From an uncultured virus (IMG/VR IMGVR_UViG_3300042338_000192) (Duplodnaviria; Heunggongvirae; Uroviricota; Caudoviricetes), in IMG/VR virus record IMGVR_UViG_3300042338_000192, positions 1-64,000 of that record: a stretch of DNA of 64,000 nt. One strand, 5' to 3'. Below are positions 10,894 to 19,813 of the stretch, one piece after another. The position numbers were made by a program, and so were the translations under genes. The number at the start of each line of letters is the position of its first letter. Positions within the stretch are counted from its first letter, which is position 1. The notes beneath the pieces were generated by a model. That model worked only from the letters and a program-made list of their open reading frames with translations, was not told where the DNA came from and did not search any database.

Positions 10894-11685
10894 ATGAGTG
10901 AAATCTTTGAAAGATTAACAGTTCAGGCTGAACAATTCAAAGTATTACTAGATAACTATGCTGAAGATACGAATGAAGAGCATGATTTCGGTTGGGAAAA
11001 TAGAGTGTATAGTAACCATTATATACGTAGAGCTCATTTAGATATTATTGACCTTCGGGACACTAAGAAAATCTATATGATGCATCTCTGTATATTCCCA
11101 AAGATTACCTCTAATTCTCCTATCTTCGGTGTAGATATTGTGGCTGGCCCTAATAAAGTAACGGGCGCATTTCTTGATTACTCTCCTGTGTCTGAAGATA
11201 GTCATCCATTAACTAGTTGGTTTGCTTCAGAGACGAAGAAGTATAGTTGGAAGAGAGAGCGCGAGTTGCCTGAATGGGCACGCGCTATATTCAGTAAAGA
11301 TATGGTAGCTGCGAGTAATATAAACACTATAACCGAATTAGATGCATTTTTAAAGCTAGCACACGATTCACTTTCGTGTTATTTAACAAATGTAAATTAT
11401 TCTTCTAGCGAAGATTTATATATAGATCAACAAAATTTTTACTGTAAGATGCAAAAACAAAATCCTCATACGCCAAGAGTTTTAGAATCGTTAGGCTTTG
11501 AGAAAGAACTAGTAGTTAATTTTATTAATACAGGATTATTTCCGGAGATTGGTATGTCATTTTTAGATGATTTAAAAGATTCAGTAGAAGAGGTTGTTGA
11601 AGTACTAGTTCCTATTGTACCTCACAGCATTGTAGAAGATGTTGTCGACGTAACTGTTGACACAATTGTAGAGGTTGTATCATGA
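10894..11685 (+). CDS. pcyX: Ferredoxin-dependent bilin reductase, PcyX-type
   Basis: RRAH48LD50, M62xH64xC66IFP, PIFGVD81IVAG, RELPEWA..IFS, QKQNPHT; adjacent to the heme oxygenase. Confidence 0.85.
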   Translation: MSEIFERLTVQAEQFKVLLDNYAEDTNEEHDFGWENRVYSNHYIRRAHLDIIDLRDTKKIYMMHLCIFPKITSNSPIFGVDIVAGPNKVTGAFLDYSPVSEDSHPLTSWFASETKKYSWKRERELPEWARAIFSKDMVAASNINTITELDAFLKLAHDSLSCYLTNVNYSSSEDLYIDQQNFYCKMQKQNPHTPRVLESLGFEKELVVNFINTGLFPEIGMSFLDDLKDSVEEVVEVLVPIVPHSIVEDVVDVTVDTIVEVVS

Positions 11686-11840
11686 CAAACAGTTTAGATA
11701 AAGCATTTAAAGATGCAGGAAAAGCTATTAATCACACTGTACACGAAGCAGCAGATGTTGCAGAAAAAGTTGTGACTAATCCTGATGTACAAGAAGTAGC
11801 AAAAGAAGTTGCTATTGGCGTTATTGTTGCAGCGGTATAA
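11682..11840 (+). CDS. Small protein, 52 aa (not in ORF track)
   Basis: MTNSLDKAFKDAGKAINH...VAIGVIVAAV. ATGA overlap with the upstream stop, GAGG RBS, ends 2 nt before the endolysin. Confidence 0.65.
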   Translation: MTNSLDKAFKDAGKAINHTVHEAADVAEKVVTNPDVQEVAKEVAIGVIVAAV

Positions 11841-11842
11841 TT

Positions 11843-12292
11843 ATGGAACTTAGCGATAAAGGCGCAGAAGACTTAAAAGGTTCTGAAGGGTTTAGATCGC
11901 AACCGTATCCAGATGGTGAGGGCGTCCCTACTATTGGCTTTGGTAGTACTTTCTATGAGAATGGTACTAGAGTCACATTAAAGGATGCTCCCATTACTAA
12001 GGAGCGAGCGTTACAACTTTTCAAAGTTACCCTTAAGCAATACACAAGTGCAGTTGATAAAAACGTAACTGTACCGTTAACACAAAACGAATTTGATGCA
12101 TTAGTAGAATTTACATATAATGTAGGTGTAGCCGCTTTTAAAGGTTCTACATTATTGAAGCGACTCAATGCAGGGGCACCTAAAGATCAAGTAGCTGCTC
12201 AATTCCTTAGATGGAATAAAGATGAAGGTAAAGTCGTTCCAGGCTTAACCAATAGACGTAAACGTGAATCAACTAAATTTTTAGGAAAATAA
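11843..12292 (+). CDS. Endolysin, GH24 lysozyme
   Basis: EGFRSQPYPDGEGVPTIGFG (E-x8-D-x5-T catalytic triad), FDALVEFTYNVG, GLTNRRKRE. Confidence 0.95.
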   Translation: MELSDKGAEDLKGSEGFRSQPYPDGEGVPTIGFGSTFYENGTRVTLKDAPITKERALQLFKVTLKQYTSAVDKNVTVPLTQNEFDALVEFTYNVGVAAFKGSTLLKRLNAGAPKDQVAAQFLRWNKDEGKVVPGLTNRRKRESTKFLGK

Positions 12293-12293
12293 A

Positions 12294-12494
12294 ATGGCAG
12301 ATCAGCAAGAAACATTAACCGTAGCCCCTAAAGTTATGGCAAAGGTACAACCAAAAGAATTTGTAAATAAAATTACATCTAACTGGAATATTACACCTAC
12401 TGAAGTTGAAGAGGAAATCACAGCTTTGAATAGCGTGACAAATGAATATTTTGAAGGCACTATTGTTGAATTTAATAGACTATTAGAGGCTTAG
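12294..12494 (+). CDS. Hypothetical protein
   Basis: 66 aa, AGGA RBS, between lysin and portal. Confidence 0.6.
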   Translation: MADQQETLTVAPKVMAKVQPKEFVNKITSNWNITPTEVEEEITALNSVTNEYFEGTIVEFNRLLEA

Positions 12495-12495
12495 T

Positions 12496-14094
12496 ATGAC
12501 ATACGGCCCTACTAAGACAGTTGCGGATCCTTGTCAAGCGTATGAGTATCTTAAACCTTCGTGGAATAAGGCACGTGCTGTATGCAATGGGGAACGTACT
12601 GTAAAAGAGTTGGATCAGTATATTGATCTAATTAGATTTAGCAATTTGCTGATACCCTTCTCTACAACAATGAGCCAAGCTCAATATGACTTTTATAAGT
12701 CAGAAGCTGAATTACCAGGCATTACTGCACAATTTGCTAAGATGCTTGTTGGGGGTTTATTAAGAAAAGCTCCTATATTGACATTACCAGATGAAGTTCC
12801 TGAAGAAGCTAAAGATTGGCTTATCAACAATATCGGACGTGATGACTCTACACTAGTGGCATTTCTTGATGAACTATTGTGGGAAGAGATCAATACATCC
12901 CGTGCATGGGTATTTGTAGACCACCCATCCGTTAATGATGTTGAGAACTTAGATAAAGAAACTAGAGATATGATTAAACCATATCCTATTTTGCAAAAAG
13001 CTGAAACAATTGTTAATTGGGCAACAACTGTAGATGTATTTGGTAAAACAGTTTTAAAATATGTAATTGTTAAAGGTTACTCAGAAGATTATACTACTAA
13101 TGAATTCCATGCTCTGAGAGTCCCTACGGTATGGGTGCATGAGTTAAACGAACAAGGTAATTACCAAATCCGCAAGTTCATGGGCACAACTAAAGATAAT
13201 GGTGATCAAACTCTTAAAATAGGGGGTATTGGTGAGAAAGCGCAGCAATTACTACCTTCAGGCCATTTTGAATTAATAGAAACATTTGACAATATACTTA
13301 ATAACGGGGAACCGCTAAAGCATATTCCTGCATGGCCTGTTAATGGTAATATAGAACCTATTATGCCATTATTAATGCCTATCGTAGATAAAGAGATTAG
13401 CCTATATAATAAAATTAGTAGACGAAATCATTTACTATACGGTGCAGCTACTTATACACCTGTTATTATGTCAGATATGCCTGATGAACAATTTGATGAA
13501 ATTGTAGACGCTGGATTAGGGTCTTGGATAAGATTACGCCAAGATGATAAAGCAGATGTCTTAAAAACACCCACAGACGCATTACAAGATATGCAAAAAG
13601 CTATTGAAGCATCTATTGATGAAATGGCTAAACTTGGCATTAGAATGCTTACAACTGAAAATGAACAATCAGGTATTGCATTAGAAATTCGTAATGCTGC
13701 TCAAACGGCACAATTAAGTGTGTTGAGTACAAAAATCTCTAGTACATTAAAGCAAGTAATAGGCTTAATGGTTAACTGGAGATATGGCCTGCAAATTGAT
13801 TCATGTGATATTGTGTTTAATTTATCCGCAGATTTTGATCCAGTGCCTTTAGGTGCTGATTGGTTGAATCTTGTTACTCAATGGTATCAATCAGGTTTAT
13901 TACCAAGAAGCGTGTGGTTACAGATGTTAAAAGCAAATGATATTCTTGATTCTGAATATGATGATGAAGCCGCATTACAAGAAGTAAACGCTGATGAATT
14001 AATCATTCCTGCTGCAACAAAATATAATGATCAATATGCTATGCAGTCAGAAGCGGCTGCTGCAGGTAGTAAACCAAAACCTATGAAGGAATAA
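12496..14094 (+). CDS. Portal protein
   Basis: 532 aa directly upstream of the MuF gene. Pattern (Y..Y...A..P, L.RK.P, I.NW, ESG.A..IR, acidic C-terminus) resembles SPP1-like/DUF4055 portals. Confidence 0.85.
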   Translation: MTYGPTKTVADPCQAYEYLKPSWNKARAVCNGERTVKELDQYIDLIRFSNLLIPFSTTMSQAQYDFYKSEAELPGITAQFAKMLVGGLLRKAPILTLPDEVPEEAKDWLINNIGRDDSTLVAFLDELLWEEINTSRAWVFVDHPSVNDVENLDKETRDMIKPYPILQKAETIVNWATTVDVFGKTVLKYVIVKGYSEDYTTNEFHALRVPTVWVHELNEQGNYQIRKFMGTTKDNGDQTLKIGGIGEKAQQLLPSGHFELIETFDNILNNGEPLKHIPAWPVNGNIEPIMPLLMPIVDKEISLYNKISRRNHLLYGAATYTPVIMSDMPDEQFDEIVDAGLGSWIRLRQDDKADVLKTPTDALQDMQKAIEASIDEMAKLGIRMLTTENEQSGIALEIRNAAQTAQLSVLSTKISSTLKQVIGLMVNWRYGLQIDSCDIVFNLSADFDPVPLGADWLNLVTQWYQSGLLPRSVWLQMLKANDILDSEYDDEAALQEVNADELIIPAATKYNDQYAMQSEAAAAGSKPKPMKE

Positions 14095-14113
14095 TTTAAT
14101 CTAGGAATACCAA

Positions 14114-17100
14114 ATGACCATTAATAGTAATACACAAATATACGACAAAACACTAGATCGCGCAGCAATGATCCGTCTGTATGAGAGAAGAGTCTCTGGT
14201 AAAGTTGATTTAGTAATTGATGGTCATGTTGTTAGACTAGATAAATTAATTAAAGATGCTGAACTATCAGGCAGGGGTTTTGAAAGATTCAGAGAAGCAG
14301 TTGATCAAGAGTTAAGAAAGACTTATAAGTCAATTAATAATTCTGTTCAAAAAGATCTTTCATCACTTGTCTCAGATCAACTCTCATATGCTTATCAAAA
14401 AGTTGAAGTGGCAATGGGTAAAATATGGCGTACTGAAAGACCTAAAAATAGAATCTCTGAAGAAATTGTACTTAAAAATCCATTAAGCGAAAATGGTACA
14501 ATGGAACAGGGATGGTCAGGTATTGCCAAGAATGAAAAAATTAGATTAGAAGCAGTTATACGTAAGGGTATAGCTGACGGAAAAAGCGTAGATGAAATAG
14601 CTCTACAAGTACGTGCAGGAAATGTACATAATATAACTCGCATGCAGTCGAAAGGTCTGGTAATAACAGCCATTACAGCTGTATCCTCTCAGGCTGATCA
14701 TGCTATTTATAAAGCAAATGAAAAAGCGTTACAAGGATGGCAATATGTTGCTGTCCTTGACGCACGAACAACCCCAGTATGTGCCCATAGAGATGGTGAA
14801 ATTTATCCGATTAGCGATACAACACATCTCCCACCAGCACATTGGCATTGTAGATCTACAACAGTTCCTGTATTTAAATCATGGAGCGATATAGCAGATT
14901 TAGAAAGCGTAGCACAAGTAAGACGTAGAAATATTGAGAACTTAACTGATGCTCAAAAGGCTTTTTATGACGGTAATACACCACTTAGAGAATCATACAA
15001 TGATTGGCTAAAGCGTCAGCCACAAGATGTACAATTAAGGCATTTAGGTGATTATAAAAAAGTTAGTATGTTCCAAAGCGGGCAGCTTACCTTAGATCAG
15101 TTTACTAATCCCGAAGGTAATTCTATTGGGATTAAAGAATTAAGACGGATGACCGATCCCACATATACACTGCCAAATGATACAAAAAAGTTTGCTAATG
15201 CTAAAGCTAAACTTGATGCTATGCAACTTCCAATCATGACACCTGATGATTTAATTGGCAACACTAAGCTTATACAAACACTTAAAGATTATTATTTACT
15301 GCAATCAGGTGAATTAGACGGTACATTATCACTCACTAATTATAGGGGTGGTCTTATTCATACTAAGAAATCTGCCAAGGCAAGAGTACTTAATAGTCTT
15401 CCAACAGAAGATCAACTCATTTTTAATCCTGTCACAGGTCGATACGAAGATACAAGACTATACCAACCCAATCCGTCCGTACTAAATAATAACTTAAGAT
15501 TGACAGAACAAAGTAATGTTCTAAAGCCTAAAGATAAGGAATTTATTAAGGAATTTAATGAATTACTTAGTGAGAAAATGGGATCTAATGAAAGGGCAGT
15601 CGTGGTAGATAACCTGCGTATATTATTTACTAGATTTAGAAATAATGGTGAACAGTGGAATAATTTTAAAGCTGTAGTACAAGGTCAAATTAAATTTGAT
15701 GTAATGAATGTTTCTGATGCTATTGAAACTCAGATACGTAGTGATATCAACGTATTGAAGAAACTCAAACAAGATAATTATATTGATCCAGTATTAGGTC
15801 CAACTCAATTACAAGACTTACATGATAATTTCATTGATAATATTCGTGCTAAGAATAACTGGGAAGACACTATATCACCTAAAATAGCTAGAGAGTTACG
15901 TAATACATTTGATTACAAAATTCCTTTAGTATTAAAAAGAATGCCTAACGGTAAAGAACGTTTAACTGAATCTGCATTACAGCAATTTTATCTAAAGTTT
16001 GCTCACAGGCTAAGTATGGCAGATATGCCTGATAGAGACCAGTTTGCTATTGCATTAGGAAGAGATTTATATAATCTTGCTAATATGAACGGCACTAGAC
16101 GTAAATGGTATGAAACAGGTATGAAGCTACTTGAAGCTAAAAATGTTAATAATTTCTTTGAAGTTGAAACATATGGTGTTCAAAAAAGAAGAATGAAAAG
16201 TAGACTTAGTGGTTCTTTATTTGGTCCCTATTATGACACCTTATCATATAATATACGTGTTACTGATCCGCGTGTACAAAAATACTCACAGCTCACACGG
16301 AAAGTGGATGTCGGCCTTCGTGTCGGTGTAACAACGGATAAGAATAAGTTATTATTTCGCGAGGGTTATAAAACGTATTTTATTGATAATGGTGTCCTCG
16401 GTTTAGAAGATACTAGAATACCTATTACATCAACAAATAGTTTTTCAGATTTTCCTGTAGAATTTGTTGACAAGAATATGGCAGATGCACTTAACTGGGC
16501 ATCCAAATCCAAGTATAAAATTGATAATGACTTTTACGACTTTACTCAGAAATTACTATACTTTGAAGATGATCGTGGTAATGCTAAAAAGTATAATGAT
16601 TTAAACGAGTATAAACATTATATTTCTTCTCGTGGTGATGCATATGAGCGATTTAAATCTATGGATTGGCTTAGAAATAATGGTTACGCTTTCAGTAATC
16701 ATGCTTTTGTCGATCATCGGGCTAGGATCTATGATCGTGGCCTTATTAGTCCGCAATCGGGAGAGTCATTTAGACCTTTCTTAAATACTGAAGTAGAAAA
16801 GGTTCTTGGCGAAGATGGATATAGAAACTTCAGAGATCAGATAGGTGCCTTTATGGGGGGTCTAAATGATGTATTTGAAGGTAGATATAATTCATTGTCA
16901 TTTACTGGACGCCAAAAGATTGCTGATAAATTGTGGCCAGATATGGTAGACCTTGGTAATAAAATGCTAAGAGCCAGACCTGCAGATTTACGTGCCATTC
17001 TGGAATCAGATATGGTGCAATTAATTGAAGGTGAGGAACTTGGTAAGTTCATGAGATTTGCTATGGAAGCTGCTAAGATAGATAATCATCTTAAAGCCGG

Positions 17101-19441
17101 CGGCTCTATGAATGCATACAAAACAGCTTTAGCTTTAGAACAAGATGCTTCATCATCAGGTGCTCAGATTATTGCGTTAACTACGAAGAACAAACAGTTA
17201 GCCTCGTTATCTAATGTCATACCTACAAATCAGAAACGCAGGCTATATGATGAAATTGCTGCTGCAACTTTTAATGATCCTCGGTTTAAAGTTTTAAATG
17301 AGAGATTAGGTTTAAATGAGAAAGATTTACGTAAAGCTGCAAAAGCTCAAAATATGGTTACGTTTTATGGTGCTGGAGAAAGAACTGGAATTCTTAATGT
17401 TGAAGGTAAACTTGCAAAAGTATTGGAAAAGAAACCTGCAAAACCTGTTGAAACAAAAGTAACAGAAGGTTTATTATCCGAGCGTCAAGATTCTGCAGGA
17501 TTGTTAAGAGTATTAGGTGTTGATAATAAAACAGATCCTAATTATGTAGGCACAGTAGATGAGATTATTAAATCGCAAGGTGAGTTAATTTCAAAGGCTA
17601 TGAAAGGTCAGTTGTCTCCTGCAGAATTAAAAAATACGTTTAAATGGCTACATACTTCTGATATTGAATTAACAGATGAAAGAAAAGAGCGTGCTACATA
17701 TAAAACATTTGATCATAAGACTGGTGAAAAATTTTCTAAAGAAAAGATAGCTGAAAATAAAGCTAAATTTGAACAGCGCTCAAAAGGCGATACTAAGAAA
17801 TATATTGCTATGCAAGTTGTTGAAGAACTCGGTGAATTTTTAGATGAGCATTTAAAATCTTTAAATGTCCCTTCCGATTCAAGAGCCTTTAAATTATTAG
17901 AAGCTCAAAAACGTATTTTAAAGTCAAACAGGTTTGGTGAAGACACTATCATTAAAGATGAAGCGAGTGTTTATAATTTAAAGACAAATAAACAAGCTGC
18001 TGAAATGGCTTTAGAAGATGCAGGATTTACACCTGCTACTGCAAACACAGAAAAGACTATAGCAGATCTTAGTTCAGCATTACAAGAAGAATTGATTAAT
18101 GTAACTAAAAAGCCTGAAACATTTGCACCTACATTAGTAGTTAGAGCTAGTGATAGAGACAAAGTATTAAATGAAATATCGGCACGTGCAGCAAGATATG
18201 AAAAGTTTGATCCTGAAACAACTGCAGAACTTAAGCAATTAAGAGAAAATGTAAAAGACATCTTTAATAAAGGACTAGACCCTGGTGATGAGATAATGGA
18301 ACAATTATACTTCCTTGATCCAGCTACTAAAGACCTAGTAGAAAAGATGACACGTTCATATGATATGGTTGTCACTCCAAAAGACTTCCAAGCTATTGCT
18401 AAATTAATGTCTGAACATTTAGGTGAGCAGGTTCCTATTCTTAAAGATTTTACTAAATTCTTTGGTAGGCTAGCTGAAGATTATTTAACTAATGCTAAGC
18501 CTTCACAAGCTGCATTAGATTGGAAATCTATAGGCGCTACTAGTATATTAGGTACCCGTAAAAAGGGTTATGTATTACCTGATAGAGTTAGTGAAATATT
18601 AGGATTAAGGCCTGGAGAAGCTTTGTCTGAAAAGTTTTTAAAGAGATTTGATGGTTGGAAACCTGACGGAACCTTGGCTGATCTTATTTATGGTGTAAAA
18701 GGCCCAAAAGATCGTAGAACTGGATTTAAAGTATTTAAAGTAGAGCCTATAGAAAAATTAAATATCTCTAAAGGTTTTGAAATATTTTATGCTAATAAGC
18801 TGCCCAAGTCTTGGACTAATGTCCCATGGGTTAATTTTGATGGAAAAGTTATTGAGCAAAACTTTACCCAGTCATTTGAAGAAAGATTAGTCTATAAAGA
18901 TAAAGATGGTAATTGGGTTAATAATTTAGTTCAAGTGCAACAGAAAACAGAAGCCACTTGGTGGGAACAAGTAGTAAATGCTGAAGGAAAGATAAATGAC
19001 ATTGCAGACGCGACTAAAGCACGAACAGCATATGCCGTTAACGGGAATCACTCAAACGATGCTACGTTGGTCAAGAATTTCCATTTATGGGGACGAGACA
19101 ATAAGATTGCCACAAGCACCATTCACGATGCGTTTTTCGCCAATGCAGCCGATATGCTGGAGGCCCGGAAGGGTATAAGAAAGCTATATGCTAACGTACT
19201 AGATAAGAACCCTGTCAAGGTTACTTTAGATGAAATGTTAGCTAGAGGTTTTCCAAAAGAATTATATGATCAATATTTAGAAGAAGCTATTGATAAAGGA
19301 TTAATTCCAGTTGCTGGTAAATCAGTTGTCGGTGGTAAAACATTAACAGAAGCAGACATCTTAACAAAGAAAGATGTATTAAGCGATATTCCTGATCCTA
19401 CTAAATTTGAGGATGATTGGGGATTTTACGGTATAGGCTAA
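14114..19441 (+). CDS. MuF (SPP1 gp7-like) head morphogenesis domain fused to a T7-type single-subunit RNA polymerase; putative virion RNAP
   Basis: N-terminal MuF motif AVLDARTTPVCAHRDG...PPAHWHCRS. C-terminal RNAP motifs DHRARIY, motif A QD1011ASSSGAQ, motif B RKAAK1077AQNMVTFYG, NGNHSNDA and motif C TIHD1672AF. Confidence 0.9.
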   Translation: MTINSNTQIYDKTLDRAAMIRLYERRVSGKVDLVIDGHVVRLDKLIKDAELSGRGFERFREAVDQELRKTYKSINNSVQKDLSSLVSDQLSYAYQKVEVAMGKIWRTERPKNRISEEIVLKNPLSENGTMEQGWSGIAKNEKIRLEAVIRKGIADGKSVDEIALQVRAGNVHNITRMQSKGLVITAITAVSSQADHAIYKANEKALQGWQYVAVLDARTTPVCAHRDGEIYPISDTTHLPPAHWHCRSTTVPVFKSWSDIADLESVAQVRRRNIENLTDAQKAFYDGNTPLRESYNDWLKRQPQDVQLRHLGDYKKVSMFQSGQLTLDQFTNPEGNSIGIKELRRMTDPTYTLPNDTKKFANAKAKLDAMQLPIMTPDDLIGNTKLIQTLKDYYLLQSGELDGTLSLTNYRGGLIHTKKSAKARVLNSLPTEDQLIFNPVTGRYEDTRLYQPNPSVLNNNLRLTEQSNVLKPKDKEFIKEFNELLSEKMGSNERAVVVDNLRILFTRFRNNGEQWNNFKAVVQGQIKFDVMNVSDAIETQIRSDINVLKKLKQDNYIDPVLGPTQLQDLHDNFIDNIRAKNNWEDTISPKIARELRNTFDYKIPLVLKRMPNGKERLTESALQQFYLKFAHRLSMADMPDRDQFAIALGRDLYNLANMNGTRRKWYETGMKLLEAKNVNNFFEVETYGVQKRRMKSRLSGSLFGPYYDTLSYNIRVTDPRVQKYSQLTRKVDVGLRVGVTTDKNKLLFREGYKTYFIDNGVLGLEDTRIPITSTNSFSDFPVEFVDKNMADALNWASKSKYKIDNDFYDFTQKLLYFEDDRGNAKKYNDLNEYKHYISSRGDAYERFKSMDWLRNNGYAFSNHAFVDHRARIYDRGLISPQSGESFRPFLNTEVEKVLGEDGYRNFRDQIGAFMGGLNDVFEGRYNSLSFTGRQKIADKLWPDMVDLGNKMLRARPADLRAILESDMVQLIEGEELGKFMRFAMEAAKIDNHLKAGGSMNAYKTALALEQDASSSGAQIIALTTKNKQLASLSNVIPTNQKRRLYDEIAAATFNDPRFKVLNERLGLNEKDLRKAAKAQNMVTFYGAGERTGILNVEGKLAKVLEKKPAKPVETKVTEGLLSERQDSAGLLRVLGVDNKTDPNYVGTVDEIIKSQGELISKAMKGQLSPAELKNTFKWLHTSDIELTDERKERATYKTFDHKTGEKFSKEKIAENKAKFEQRSKGDTKKYIAMQVVEELGEFLDEHLKSLNVPSDSRAFKLLEAQKRILKSNRFGEDTIIKDEASVYNLKTNKQAAEMALEDAGFTPATANTEKTIADLSSALQEELINVTKKPETFAPTLVVRASDRDKVLNEISARAARYEKFDPETTAELKQLRENVKDIFNKGLDPGDEIMEQLYFLDPATKDLVEKMTRSYDMVVTPKDFQAIAKLMSEHLGEQVPILKDFTKFFGRLAEDYLTNAKPSQAALDWKSIGATSILGTRKKGYVLPDRVSEILGLRPGEALSEKFLKRFDGWKPDGTLADLIYGVKGPKDRRTGFKVFKVEPIEKLNISKGFEIFYANKLPKSWTNVPWVNFDGKVIEQNFTQSFEERLVYKDKDGNWVNNLVQVQQKTEATWWEQVVNAEGKINDIADATKARTAYAVNGNHSNDATLVKNFHLWGRDNKIATSTIHDAFFANAADMLEARKGIRKLYANVLDKNPVKVTLDEMLARGFPKELYDQYLEEAIDKGLIPVAGKSVVGGKTLTEADILTKKDVLSDIPDPTKFEDDWGFYGIG

Positions 19442-19444
19442 AAT

Positions 19445-19579
19445 ATGAACGCAGAAATTAAAAGATGTACATGCCAACATCCTAATCAGGATAAACTTCA
19501 TGGTAATGGAATGAGAGTGATGAATCCAGATCAGAAGAAAGGATTTACATGTACGGTATGCGGGGCTAAACATAAATGA
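19445..19579 (+). CDS. Small Cys-rich (possible Zn-binding) protein, 44 aa (not in ORF track)
   Basis: MNAEIKRCTCQHPNQDKLHGNGMRVMNPDQKKGFTCTVCGAKHK; CxC...CxxC. Confidence 0.6.
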   Translation: MNAEIKRCTCQHPNQDKLHGNGMRVMNPDQKKGFTCTVCGAKHK

Positions 19580-19604
19580 TAATGCACAGGTTCTTTACAG
19601 AGAC

Positions 19605-19621
19605 CCCGTTAAATTAACCCT
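19605..19621 (+). promoter_or_regulatory. Repeated motif class A (putative phage RNAP promoter)
   Basis: CCCGTTAAATTAACCCT; identical at 19719 and 59783, one mismatch at 52095. All copies are intergenic. Confidence 0.7.
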
Positions 19622-19718
19622 AAAGCGGTCCCCCTTTATTTAATCCCTTTAGTTAATCAGTCTATTATCTATCCCTTAGAAATATACTAATAGATAATTA
19701 TCTTAAGGGATTATAGAA

Positions 19719-19735
19719 CCCGTTAAATTAACCCT
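19719..19735 (+). promoter_or_regulatory. Repeated motif class A (putative phage RNAP promoter)
   Basis: CCCGTTAAATTAACCCT upstream of the scaffold/capsid operon. Confidence 0.7.
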
Positions 19736-19813
19736 AAATACTAAAAACAAATATCCTATAGGGTGAATTGTATTCACTTTATAACACTGAGTTGTACTCA
19801 AAGGAAACATAAA

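Noticed and set aside
17420..18130. Intein within MuF-RNAP
   Set aside because: No Cys/Ser start block, HN terminus or LAGLIDADG motif was seen.
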